Part shown: piece by piece, positions 17,363-27,141 of the stretch
Layout: every line of letters begins with the position of its first letter
How positions within the stretch are numbered: position 1 is the stretch's first letter
NCBI GenBank assembly: GCA_964544965.1
Contig: CAZJED010000001.1
Location: 1-57,851 of the forward strand
DNA length: 57,851 nt
Direction: 5' to 3'
DNA from: an uncultured Enterobacteriaceae bacterium
GTDB lineage: Bacteria > Pseudomonadota > Gammaproteobacteria > Eutrophobiales > Eutrophobiaceae
Translations under genes and position numbers: made by a program
The notes under the pieces: model-generated
Told to the model about the DNA's origin: nothing
The model's database searches: none
What the model saw: the letters and a program-made list of their open reading frames with translations, nothing else

Positions 17363-19186
17363 CTATAATATTTCTGGTAATACTGGGCCATAACAATATT
17401 TACGATAAAAAGCATTCATATTCTCTTGAAAAATATCGAAAGTAAAATCACATGCTTTATCTCTTTCACCTGGGAAAATGGCAAGAAATTTTTCGTATTG
17501 TCTGATAGCTTCAGGATGTTTGTCAGAAATTAAATATATATAACTTAAATATAAATGTGGCAAAAACTCATCCTTATTGTATGAAGTAGAAGATAATTGA
17601 GATGCTTGTATAAAAAATTTCTCTGCTTCATCATATTTATATAAGCTTAGTGCGTATACACCAATATTACTTAACATCACTTTATCTTTTCTCTTAGTAT
17701 TAAGTATTTTATTATAAAAAATCCAAGCTTCTTCCTCCTGATCTATGCTATTTAAAAAATTGCCAATTTTTACCAGATAGAAAGGTTCATCTGGATTCAG
17801 TTCATGTGCTTTTAGATAAGATTTCTTCGCTTTATCTTTATCATTATCTTCTACATAATATGAGCCACCCAAAAGAAAATAAACATAAGCTCTGTTTTGA
17901 TCTACTTCCAATGATTTTGACCAAAGCGTCACCCCCCTTTCCCAAAAAGAGGTTTGATGATAGGCAGAATACCCATAAGAGAAAATTACTAATAAAGATA
18001 GTAGTAAAAATATTTTATTACAAAATTGTTTTTTTGTGGCAATAACGGAAGCAAGCCCCCAAACAATAGCTGTGAATAAACCTATATGTGGTAAATATGT
18101 CCATCGGTCACCAATAAAAATGCCCTCTCCTCCTGTATTTAAAATCCCAACGCATGGAAACAACGTTCCTAAAAACCATAGCCAGCCAATAAGTAAATAA
18201 GGCCTTTGTTTAATACAAAAAATTACACCGAAAGTTATGCTCGCCAAGCTTAACCCGGCTAGATATATATTCCATAATGGTAGCGAGGACATTGGATAAG
18301 GGTAATATCCAGTAAAAGTAAAAGGGAAAAAGCTTTTCCAAAAATAGGTTATATAAGCTACTAAACTATTCTCAAGACGCTGATCAAAAGGTACTAGACT
18401 CACATCAGATACATAATATTTTTTAATTTCAAGCGTTTCAATCAAAAGATTATCTGATGTAACGTAATGAACAATAACAAACATAATGGAAATTAAAAAA
18501 AATGGTACCTTTTCTCTTATAAGGCTAGTAATTGATTTATGTTTAAATCTTTCCATTGGCCACCAATCAAGTAAAATCAGTAAACAAGGAAGAGTAATCC
18601 ACATTGGTTTTGATAAAAGTGAAAAAATAAAAAAAAGAATGGCTAGTAAATAATAGCGAAGCGCATTAGGACATTCTTTATTATTAAAAAATTTACTTTC
18701 TTTTGTATATTTTGCATAAAAATATAGCGCGGAAAGGCCAAATAAAGCTGCCAGCAATTCCTTTCTTTCGGCAACCCATGCTACTGCTTCAACGTGTTGT
18801 GGATGCACAGCAAATAGAATGGCAACAAAAAAGCTTTTCCACTTATCTTCTGTCATTTTATATAATAAATAGAAAACTAATAATGAATTAAGGCCATGTA
18901 AAAATGCATTAGTAATATGAAACCCTCCGGGGTTCGTTCCATAAATAATGATATCTAATTGAAATGAAAAATAAGTGAGCGGCATAAAGTAGGGGTTTTT
19001 GAAATTATTCCATGAGTAGGTTATATCTTGTAAAGAGAACCCATCATGTAAATAGTCGTAACCAAGATATACAAGATCATCTACATTTAAGAACTGAAAA
19101 TTATAAGTCTGTCTATAGATAAGAAATACAGAGCTGATAATGGCGACTATAACTACTATAAATGTGTGATGATTTTTTTTATTCAT
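17363..19186 (-). CDS. GT-C fold membrane glycosyltransferase with C-terminal TPR repeats (TMTC / PMT_2-DUF1736-like)
   Basis: 607 aa. About 10 or more TM segments carry a first-loop FLNVDDLVYL motif plus FHITNAFLHGLNSLLVF and VHPQHVEAVAWVAERKELLAALF. The C-terminal ~190 aa contains TPR-like repeats (AKKSYLKAHELNPDE, EAWIFYNKIL, YDEAEKFFIQA). Confidence 0.7.
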   Translation of the reverse strand: MNKKNHHTFIVVIVAIISSVFLIYRQTYNFQFLNVDDLVYLGYDYLHDGFSLQDITYSWNNFKNPYFMPLTYFSFQLDIIIYGTNPGGFHITNAFLHGLNSLLVFYLLYKMTEDKWKSFFVAILFAVHPQHVEAVAWVAERKELLAALFGLSALYFYAKYTKESKFFNNKECPNALRYYLLAILFFIFSLLSKPMWITLPCLLILLDWWPMERFKHKSITSLIREKVPFFLISIMFVIVHYVTSDNLLIETLEIKKYYVSDVSLVPFDQRLENSLVAYITYFWKSFFPFTFTGYYPYPMSSLPLWNIYLAGLSLASITFGVIFCIKQRPYLLIGWLWFLGTLFPCVGILNTGGEGIFIGDRWTYLPHIGLFTAIVWGLASVIATKKQFCNKIFLLLSLLVIFSYGYSAYHQTSFWERGVTLWSKSLEVDQNRAYVYFLLGGSYYVEDNDKDKAKKSYLKAHELNPDEPFYLVKIGNFLNSIDQEEEAWIFYNKILNTKRKDKVMLSNIGVYALSLYKYDEAEKFFIQASQLSSTSYNKDEFLPHLYLSYIYLISDKHPEAIRQYEKFLAIFPGERDKACDFTFDIFQENMNAFYRKYCYGPVLPEIL

Positions 19187-19236
19187 TTCTTAAAAATAAA
19201 ACCTAAACGAATACGGGAGATGTATTTTTCATAAAA

Positions 19237-20667
19237 CTAAAGTAATTTCAGTTTTCTGTAGCCATGAAAAACCATACGTAATAATTGAAAGCCATGTCGA
19301 AAACGTGCTATTTGAGTACTGCCATAAATACGAGCTTTATACTTTATAGGTACCTCTACCATTTTTAGGTTGAGTTTAGAACTTCCAAAAATTAGGTCGA
19401 AATCGCCAAATGGGTCAAAGTTGCCAAAATAAGATTGATTCTTCCTAATTTTCAAATAGTCAGAACGACTTAACGCTTTTGTACCGCATAAAGTATCAGT
19501 ATAACGTTGATTTAGGAGCCAGCTAAAAATTATAGAAAAAATTTGATTTGCCATTAAATTTAAAAATCTCATCGCATCTTTTTCCATTGGATACACTAAA
19601 CGACTTCCATTAATATACTCTCCCTTACCTGAGTTAATTGCATCCCAAAATTTACCAAGTTGTTCTGGTGGGACAGTTAAATCAGCATCTAGTATTATTA
19701 GAACTTCACCGCAAGAATTATCAAAGGCCTTATAAACGGCATCAGCTTTACCATATCCATCTTGTTTCAATGCTTTTATATTTTTTTGGCTATATTTCGA
19801 TTTGATTCTTTTTATCTCATTATATGTGTCATCTTCGCTATGGCCTTCAATAAAAATTATTTCTAAATCTTCACAAAAATCTGGAATACGAAGAACAGCA
19901 TTTTCAATATTCCCTTTTTCGTTTCTGCATGGAATAATTATGGAACAAGACTGGTATTGGCTATCAGCCTTTTTAAAAGATCTACCAACAATATAATTTC
20001 TCAAACAAAGTCGTCTTAAAATTGGTAATGTTGCAAAGTATTTGTTCACAATATTTCCTATTCCGAAAAATGATGTTGGAAATAATTGTCTCCACTCTTC
20101 TTTTACAACATCAAAATCCGCTAACAATAAAAGATTTCTAATATCATTTGTTGGCAAAAAATTTAATTCAACCTGAGGCATCCTTAATTTTAGAATTTCT
20201 AATAATTTTAAGATAGGTTGCCATGAATATGAGAAATAACTTATAACAATCCGTGTTTCTTTGTTACAAAATTTATGCAACAAAGTAAGTGTCGACTGAC
20301 AATCATCTAAATATCCAATCGTATCAGATAAAAGAATGTAATCAAAAGTCCCCTCTATTTTATTGAGGGATTCCGGGGCTTCTGCGTCACCGACTAAAAA
20401 TTCAAATTGAGGAAAGTTTTTCTTAGCATTAGCAATCATGGATTCGCTAATATCAATACCAACACCTCTTTCTGGTTCTAATGAATCGAGCAAATCACCC
20501 ACACCACACCCAATCTCTAAAACATTTGATTTCTTTGGAATGATAAAAGAAAGATATTTTTTATCCTCTTTATGGAAATATCTGCTCTTTTTTTTCCATT
20601 CAATTCTATCATTTGCAAAAGAATTTGATGAATTTAATATTCTTTGTTTTCGGTCTGATAAACTCAC
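19237..20667 (-). CDS. Bifunctional class I SAM-methyltransferase / GT2 polyprenyl-phosphate glycosyltransferase-like protein
   Basis: 476 aa. The N-terminal domain has VLEIGCGVGDLLD (MTase motif I). The C-terminal domain has CSIIIPCRNE, ILDADL and DTLCGTKA, matching Dpm1/GtrB-type GT2. Confidence 0.8.
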   Translation of the reverse strand: MSLSDRKQRILNSSNSFANDRIEWKKKSRYFHKEDKKYLSFIIPKKSNVLEIGCGVGDLLDSLEPERGVGIDISESMIANAKKNFPQFEFLVGDAEAPESLNKIEGTFDYILLSDTIGYLDDCQSTLTLLHKFCNKETRIVISYFSYSWQPILKLLEILKLRMPQVELNFLPTNDIRNLLLLADFDVVKEEWRQLFPTSFFGIGNIVNKYFATLPILRRLCLRNYIVGRSFKKADSQYQSCSIIIPCRNEKGNIENAVLRIPDFCEDLEIIFIEGHSEDDTYNEIKRIKSKYSQKNIKALKQDGYGKADAVYKAFDNSCGEVLIILDADLTVPPEQLGKFWDAINSGKGEYINGSRLVYPMEKDAMRFLNLMANQIFSIIFSWLLNQRYTDTLCGTKALSRSDYLKIRKNQSYFGNFDPFGDFDLIFGSSKLNLKMVEVPIKYKARIYGSTQIARFRHGFQLLRMVFHGYRKLKLL

Positions 20668-20692
20668 TTTTTTGGAATTTTGAAATTTTTTA

Positions 20693-21685
20693 TTATGTCT
20701 TTAAATTCTGTCGACGAGATACCAAATTAGACACTGCCTCTTTTGCAGTACATTCGGAATTTATAACGCTGTTAACTTGTTCAGATATTGGCATTTCTAC
20801 ATGATTCTTTTTTGCCAAAATACCAACTTCTTTTGCGGTATTTAGACCTTCAATTTCTTGACCAATCTCTTTTCTTGCTTCTTCGATAGATAATCCTTTA
20901 GCTAATAATAGACCGAGTCGTCTATTACGTGATTGATTGTCGGTACAAGTTAAAATTAGATCGCCAAGACCCGCTAAACCCATAAAAGTATCTCGTTTAG
21001 CCCCCATAGACAAACCTAATCGAGTTATCTCTACCAAGCCGCGTGTAATTAATGCTGAGCGTGCGTTACTTCCGAAACCCAATCCATCTGAAATTCCAGC
21101 TGCAATTGCCATTACATTTTTTACTGCTCCACCAATTTGTACGCCTATATAATCAGAATCAATATAAACTCTGAAATGATCTGTATGAAAAAGATTTGAA
21201 AATTCTTGCGCGAATTTGGTGTCTTTAGCTGCTATTGTTATTGCTGTTGGCAATTCTGCTGCTACTTCAGTGGCAAAAGATGGTCCCGAAAGAATTGCTA
21301 TTGAACAATTTTGAATTTCGTCTTCAATAACTTTGTGACTTAATTTCTGTGTGCCAGGTTCTAAACCCTTGCATGCAACACATATACTCTCAACCGTTAA
21401 TGGCCTTAAAAAATTTAAACTACTTCGTAATGCATGACAGGGTACCGCGCTAATTATTTTCCTAACTTCAATCGGAGTATCTTCTATTTTTTCAATTGGT
21501 AAAACATTGTCAGGGATTTTAACGCCTGGTAAATATTTTCTATTATGTCTGTCTAATTTAATTTCCCTGATAAGATCAAAATCAATATCCCAAAGAAAAA
21601 CCTGATGCCCGTTCCTTGCTAAAATCAAAGCTAATGCAGTCCCCCAAGAGCCAGCACCTTGTACTAAAACTGGTTGTGATGTCAT
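20693..21685 (-). CDS. gpsA: NAD(P)H-dependent glycerol-3-phosphate dehydrogenase
   Basis: It has the GAGSWGTALA Rossmann motif, GAVKNVMAIAAGISDGLG and NRRLGLLLAKG. It follows secB. Confidence 0.95.
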   Translation of the reverse strand: MTSQPVLVQGAGSWGTALALILARNGHQVFLWDIDFDLIREIKLDRHNRKYLPGVKIPDNVLPIEKIEDTPIEVRKIISAVPCHALRSSLNFLRPLTVESICVACKGLEPGTQKLSHKVIEDEIQNCSIAILSGPSFATEVAAELPTAITIAAKDTKFAQEFSNLFHTDHFRVYIDSDYIGVQIGGAVKNVMAIAAGISDGLGFGSNARSALITRGLVEITRLGLSMGAKRDTFMGLAGLGDLILTCTDNQSRNRRLGLLLAKGLSIEEARKEIGQEIEGLNTAKEVGILAKKNHVEMPISEQVNSVINSECTAKEAVSNLVSRRQNLKT

Positions 21686-21699
21686 TTCATTAACGTCCG

Positions 21700-22179
21700 C
21701 TAATGGGTTGTACTTTCTTTTGCCTGTTCTGAAGCCTGCTTTCTTTGCTGCTCATACAAAGCATCAAAATTTACTGGAGAAAGTAATAATTGAGGAAACC
21801 CTCCTCTTACGACAATATCTGAAACCGCCTCACGAGCAAATGGAAACAGAATATTCGCACAAGATGTTGCCAACATGCGTCCAATTAAATCTTCAGGAAT
21901 ACTTTTAATTAAGAAAATACCGGCTTGATTAATTTCAACCAGATATATAGTTTTATCATCTATCTTCACTGTTAATGTTACTGACAATACTACCTCAAAA
22001 AGATCTTCGCCTAATGGAGTTGCCTCATTTGTTATATGCATATCAACAACGGGTTTCCAATCCATTTTAAATGCATCGGGTGTGTTTGTTGTCTCAAAAG
22101 ATATATCTTTTATATATATCTTTTGGATTGAAAATTGACCTTCTTGTGTTTTTTCAGTTTTGTTTTTTTCATCAGCCAT
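21700..22179 (-). CDS. secB: Protein-export chaperone SecB
   Basis: 159 aa. Q-FSIQKIYIKDISFE and ILFPFAREAVSDIVVRGGFPQLLLSPVNFDALY are typical of SecB. Confidence 0.95.
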   Translation of the reverse strand: MADEKNKTEKTQEGQFSIQKIYIKDISFETTNTPDAFKMDWKPVVDMHITNEATPLGEDLFEVVLSVTLTVKIDDKTIYLVEINQAGIFLIKSIPEDLIGRMLATSCANILFPFAREAVSDIVVRGGFPQLLLSPVNFDALYEQQRKQASEQAKESTTH

Positions 22180-22217
22180 AAATATTTACCTTATATATAA
22201 TATTACTGAAATGATAA

Positions 22218-22655
22218 TTAAGTATTTTTGAGGCTCTTAGTCAAAGGTAAATTTGCATTTTTCCACGATGCTATGCCTCCTTTTAAACAATAAATCATAT
22301 CTTCGCCTTGTCTTACCATTTTTTGGGTTTCCTTTAATGATAAACTGCCATTTGTGCAGTAAAAAATAATTCCTTTGCTTTTATCCTTTCTTAATTTGTT
22401 GATTTTTTCGGGTAATTCTTGCAGGTCAATATTCTTAGCATTAATAATATGACCGTTCTCAAATTCTGTTTGACTACGAATATCAATTACTTCAGCATCC
22501 TCACGATTGATTAGCAGTGTTGCCTCATCCGTAGTCAGCAGCTTTACACCACCAATTAAATTTCCAAAAATGTTCCATATTAATAGAGTCAAGATTACAA
22601 AAAGCAACGAAAATAAATATGGATGATTTAGGATAAATATGGGGAACTTTTCCAT
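22218..22655 (-). CDS. Membrane-anchored rhodanese-domain protein (YibN-like)
   Basis: 145 aa with an N-terminal TM helix and a rhodanese core (VIDIRSQTEFENGHIINAKN, active-site loop YCTNGSLS). Its position upstream of secB matches E. coli yibN. Confidence 0.8.
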   Translation of the reverse strand: MEKFPIFILNHPYLFSLLFVILTLLIWNIFGNLIGGVKLLTTDEATLLINREDAEVIDIRSQTEFENGHIINAKNIDLQELPEKINKLRKDKSKGIIFYCTNGSLSLKETQKMVRQGEDMIYCLKGGIASWKNANLPLTKSLKNT

Positions 22656-22934
22656 TAAGTCAATCTCTTATTATTAGTTTAAATAATAACGATAATACGT
22701 CATATCTGGCGGTGAAAAAACCATTGAAATAGGGTAAATAACAAACTTATTTAACGTGTTGTATTTAATAATTTCATGTTAATATTCGCAAAGTCTTTAA
22801 AACTCAAAGCCTAACAGGGTATTTGCTTAGATTAACCTACAACCTCAATTATATATTTATTGCAGATTAAAATTGCAAAAAACTTTGATCGGCTCAATAT
22901 TATTCTTCATTCCTGTTAATGATGGTCAATATTA

Positions 22935-24527
22935 GTGATACAACTAGTTCATAAACCCACCATTCTGATAATCCTCGATGGTTGGGGACATACAGATAAC
23001 ACTGAATACAATGCAATATATTCAGCTCATAAACCAATTTGGGAACAAATCTGGGAACAATACCCTCACACACTAATTAATGCATCAGGCCTTGATGTGG
23101 GGTTACCAGCCTCGCAAATGGGTAATTCTGAAGTTGGCCATATGAATATTGGAGCTGGTCGAATAGTGGACCAAGAATTCACACGTATTACACGCGCCAT
23201 AAAAGATGGCACATTTTATGAGAATAAAATACTAAATGAAGCATTTAATTTTGCAGCAAAAAACAATAAAGCTGTTCATTTACTTGGTTTGCTCTCTGCA
23301 GGAGGTGTTCACAGTCACGAAGACCATACTTTTGCATTAATGGAATTAGCAAAAAACTGTAAAGTTAAAAAATTATATCTCCACGCATTTTTAGACGGAC
23401 GAGATACATCGCCAAAATCTGCGATTGAGTCAATACATAAGGTTCAACTAAAAATTAAAGAACTAAATATTGGACAGATCGCTTCACTAATTGGTCGTTA
23501 TTATGCTATGGATAGAAATAAACACTGGGATAGAACAAAATTTGCCTACGACCTTATTAGTCAGGGTAAGTCTGATTATAGATCGAGCGATCCATTTATT
23601 GCTATTGATATGGCCTATGCAAGAAACGAAACTGATGAGTTTATATCGCCAACCGCGATTATTAAACAAGGAGAAGATCCCGTTATTGTTGGGGATGATG
23701 ATGTCATTGTTTTCGCAAATTATCGCGCAGACCGTGCAAGACAATTAGCACGGGCATTCACTAAACCAAAATTTGTAGCATTTGAAAGAGAAAGAATGCC
23801 AAAACTTAAAACTTTTATAAGCCTGACTTCTTATAAAGCGGAATATGAATTTCCTGTTGCCTTTCCTCCAGTTTCTTTGTCGAATGTTTTTGGTAAATAC
23901 ATTTCCAATCTTGGTTTGAAACAGCTACGCATTGCTGAGACTGAAAAATATGCGCATGTAACCTTCTTTTTTAATGGTGGGGACGAAAGTATATTTGAAG
24001 GTGAGGATCGCGTACTAATCCCATCTCCGCGTGTACGTACTTATGATTTGGTGCCTGAAATGGGTGCAGAAAAAATTACAGACTATATGATAGAGTCAAT
24101 TAATAGTCGTAAGTATGATTCAATAATATGTAATTTTGCTAATGCTGATATGGTTGGTCATACTGGTAATTTTAAAGCAACGATTTCTGCTATAGAAACA
24201 ATTGACAAGTGTTTGGGTAGAATTGTTGAATCTGCACAGAAAGTAGGTGGTGAAATTCTGATAACTGCAGATCATGGAAATGCTGAACAAATAAAATCAT
24301 ATACAACAGAAAAAATTAAATCACAACCTCATACAGCACATACAAGTAATTTAGTGCCATTAATCTATGTTGGCAGATCGGCAAAATTCCTACCAGGAAC
24401 AGGTTCTCTATCGGATGTTGCTCCAACCCTATTAAGTATTATGGACATAAAACAGCCTGATGAAATGACTGGAAAATCACTGATAAAGCTACTGAAAGAC
24501 AAGACTCCAGCGATTGTCGGAAAGTAA
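22935..24527 (+). CDS. gpmI: 2,3-bisphosphoglycerate-independent phosphoglycerate mutase
   Basis: 530 aa with the motifs ILDGWG, GNSEVGHMNIGAGR, LLSAGGVHSH, FLDGRDT and ITADHGNAE. The apparent start is GTG. Confidence 0.95.
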   Translation: MIQLVHKPTILIILDGWGHTDNTEYNAIYSAHKPIWEQIWEQYPHTLINASGLDVGLPASQMGNSEVGHMNIGAGRIVDQEFTRITRAIKDGTFYENKILNEAFNFAAKNNKAVHLLGLLSAGGVHSHEDHTFALMELAKNCKVKKLYLHAFLDGRDTSPKSAIESIHKVQLKIKELNIGQIASLIGRYYAMDRNKHWDRTKFAYDLISQGKSDYRSSDPFIAIDMAYARNETDEFISPTAIIKQGEDPVIVGDDDVIVFANYRADRARQLARAFTKPKFVAFERERMPKLKTFISLTSYKAEYEFPVAFPPVSLSNVFGKYISNLGLKQLRIAETEKYAHVTFFFNGGDESIFEGEDRVLIPSPRVRTYDLVPEMGAEKITDYMIESINSRKYDSIICNFANADMVGHTGNFKATISAIETIDKCLGRIVESAQKVGGEILITADHGNAEQIKSYTTEKIKSQPHTAHTSNLVPLIYVGRSAKFLPGTGSLSDVAPTLLSIMDIKQPDEMTGKSLIKLLKDKTPAIVGK

Positions 24528-24533
24528 TTCTTT

Positions 24534-25700
24534 ATGGTTCTGCCTAATAGAATAGTAATAATTACGAAAAAATATACTTTATTTTTTTTACTAGGCCTTT
24601 CATCACCAACCATCTCGGATGAATCAAGTTATAAGCAAAAATTAAAACTTGAAAAAATTCAATCTCGTATGCTTAATGTCGATAAGGAAATTGAAAGAGC
24701 CAAGCATAAGGTCAGTGTATTACAAACAGAATTAAAGGAGAATGAATTAATAACGAATAAAATATCTATACAACTAGAAAATACTCAATATGATATTTTA
24801 AGAAAACAAGATAACCTTAAAAAATTAAAAACTAAAAAAGAGAATCGCCAGAAAATACTTAACAAAGAAAAAGGGATGCTTATTTCTCAAATAAGATCTA
24901 TTTATAGAATGGGTAAATATAATTATTTTAAAGTATTACTTAATCAAGATAACCCGTCCCAAATTACTCGTGCAATTGCATATTATGATTATGATAATTA
25001 TGCTCGTTCAAAACGCATAAAAAAATTAAGGCGAACTTTAAAAGATATTGAAGAAATTGAATCAAATATATATAGGCAAACTACTAAACTCGAATCATTA
25101 GAAAATGAACATAAATTTAAATTAGAAAAATTTAATAAACAACGTGATAATAGGCTAAAATTTATAGAAGACATCAACAAATATATTAAGCAACAAGGAA
25201 TTGAACTCCTACTTCTAAAAGAGAACGAGCGTAAACTCGGGGAACTTCTAAATAATCTAAAAATTTCGCAATTAGATAAATTTCATTCTACTAAAAAGGA
25301 ATTCTCTTTTAGTTCAAGAAAAGGAGAACTAATTTGGCCAATAAATGGAAAATTATTAAAAAAATATGGCGCAGAAAAAAAAATGACTGGTCTAAAATGG
25401 AAAGGAGTTCTAATTGAAGCAAAGGAAGGTTCTCAAGTAAGCGCTATCAGTGAAGGAAAAATTGTTTTTGCAGATTGGTTTCGCAATTTTGGTTTACTTG
25501 TAATAGTTGAACATCAAAATAATTTTTTAAGTTTATACGGACATAACCAAAAACTTTTAAAAACTACTGGTGATTTTGTTAAAACTGGAGAAAAGATTGC
25601 TACTGTAGGTGATAGTGGAGGACAGAAAAATCCTGCACTTTATTTTGAGATAAGGGAAGGCAAGAAAACCTTAGATCCATCACAATGGTGTAAAAAATAA
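24534..25700 (+). CDS. envC: Murein hydrolase activator EnvC-like (coiled coil plus degenerate LytM/M23 domain)
   Basis: It has a long Lys/Glu coiled coil. The C-terminus reads VEHQNNFLSLYGHNQKL...VGDSGGQKNPALYFEIR, like E. coli EnvC. It follows gpmI as in E. coli. Confidence 0.8.
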   Translation: MVLPNRIVIITKKYTLFFLLGLSSPTISDESSYKQKLKLEKIQSRMLNVDKEIERAKHKVSVLQTELKENELITNKISIQLENTQYDILRKQDNLKKLKTKKENRQKILNKEKGMLISQIRSIYRMGKYNYFKVLLNQDNPSQITRAIAYYDYDNYARSKRIKKLRRTLKDIEEIESNIYRQTTKLESLENEHKFKLEKFNKQRDNRLKFIEDINKYIKQQGIELLLLKENERKLGELLNNLKISQLDKFHSTKKEFSFSSRKGELIWPINGKLLKKYGAEKKMTGLKWKGVLIEAKEGSQVSAISEGKIVFADWFRNFGLLVIVEHQNNFLSLYGHNQKLLKTTGDFVKTGEKIATVGDSGGQKNPALYFEIREGKKTLDPSQWCKK

Positions 25701-25827
25701 CCTTTAATTTAGCTTGTAGATAATGCCCAATAGCTAGTATGCTAACAAAAAAATAAATTTAATAGCTATAATAAAAAATTAAATAGTCAAGATGGCTTGA
25801 TAATTTTTGCTTTAATGGAGTTAGAGA

Positions 25828-27132
25828 ATGCCTATTTTCAAAAAAATACTATATGTAGTATTGCTTTTTTTTATCGCTAGTAAATTCGCTCTGGCAAATT
25901 CTGAGCAAAAAAATGATGTGAATACAATACCTTTGGATGAAATACGAGTATTTACAGAAATTTTCTCAAAAATTAAAAGTGATTATGTTGAAAATATAGA
26001 TGACGAAGCCCTTTTAGAAAATGCAATTCGTGGAATGCTGCAAGGACTTGACCCGCATTCTGCCTATTTAGATAAAGAAGCCTATAAAGAACTACAGGAA
26101 GGTACTTCAGGTGAGTTTGGTGGTCTTGGAATTGAAGTGGGCTATGAAGATGGTTTTGTTAAGGTTATATCACCAATCGATGATACTCCTGCACAGCGAG
26201 CTGGGATTAAGGCTGGTGATTTAATTATTCGTTTAGATGGTAAATCTGCTAAGGGTATTTCACTTATGGAAGCTGTTAAAATAATGAGAGGTAAACCAGG
26301 AAGTAAAATTGAATTAACCATACTAAGAGAAGGCAAAGAAAAACCTTTTAATATAAGTATTGTACGGGATGTTATAACTATTATAAATGTAAGAGCTGAA
26401 ATAATAGAGCTCGAGTTTGGATATGTTCGTATTTCAAGTTTTCAAGTACACACCGCAAAGGATTTACGTAAATCACTTAAAAATTTAGAAAGTAAAAATA
26501 ATAAAAAATTAAAGGGATTAGTATTAGATCTAAGAAATAATCCAGGTGGTTTACTAAATGCAGCAGTTGATGTCTCTGATTTATTTATTAATAGTGGGCT
26601 AATTGTTTATACGGAAGGCAGGGTAAAAGATTCAAAACTAAAATTTAATGCAAAACCAGATGAGTTATTTAAAAATATTCCGATCGTTGTTCTTGTTAAT
26701 GGTGGTTCAGCCTCTGCATCAGAAATCGTTGCTGGAGCGTTACAAGATCAAAAAAGAGCAATTGTTATGGGTGAAAGGACATTTGGTAAGGGTTCCGTAC
26801 AAACTATACTGCCAATGAATGACGAAACAGCCTTAAAATTAACCACTGCTCGATACTACACGCCCTCTGGTCGTTCTATACAAGCATCGGGTATTGAGCC
26901 TGATATGATTGTTAGAAATATAGAATTTAATGTCGCGGATGATAACAATGTAAGCAATGGATTAATTAAAGAATCAGATCTGAGCGGTCATCTTGATAGT
27001 GAATCTCCTGTAGATAATTCAAAAAAAGAAAAAATTACAAGCTCATCTTCGCTCATAGAAACTGATTATCAACTCTACGAAGCGATAAATGTACTGAAGG
27101 GACTTTCAATTCATTTGAAAAAAACTGGGTAA
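25828..27132 (+). CDS. ctpA: Carboxy-terminal processing (S41) protease
   Basis: It has a signal peptide, a PDZ domain (GIKAGDLIIRLDG), the Ser motif NGGSASASEI and the Lys motif TFGKGSVQ. Confidence 0.9.
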   Translation: MPIFKKILYVVLLFFIASKFALANSEQKNDVNTIPLDEIRVFTEIFSKIKSDYVENIDDEALLENAIRGMLQGLDPHSAYLDKEAYKELQEGTSGEFGGLGIEVGYEDGFVKVISPIDDTPAQRAGIKAGDLIIRLDGKSAKGISLMEAVKIMRGKPGSKIELTILREGKEKPFNISIVRDVITIINVRAEIIELEFGYVRISSFQVHTAKDLRKSLKNLESKNNKKLKGLVLDLRNNPGGLLNAAVDVSDLFINSGLIVYTEGRVKDSKLKFNAKPDELFKNIPIVVLVNGGSASASEIVAGALQDQKRAIVMGERTFGKGSVQTILPMNDETALKLTTARYYTPSGRSIQASGIEPDMIVRNIEFNVADDNNVSNGLIKESDLSGHLDSESPVDNSKKEKITSSSSLIETDYQLYEAINVLKGLSIHLKKTG

Positions 27133-27141
27133 ATCATATTC

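Noticed and set aside
23037-23060. 12-nt direct duplication in gpmI (atttgggaacaa / atctgggaacaa, encoding IWEQIWEQ)
   Set aside because: This is a small in-frame duplication in a variable surface region near the N-terminus. There is no sign of functional significance or frame disruption.
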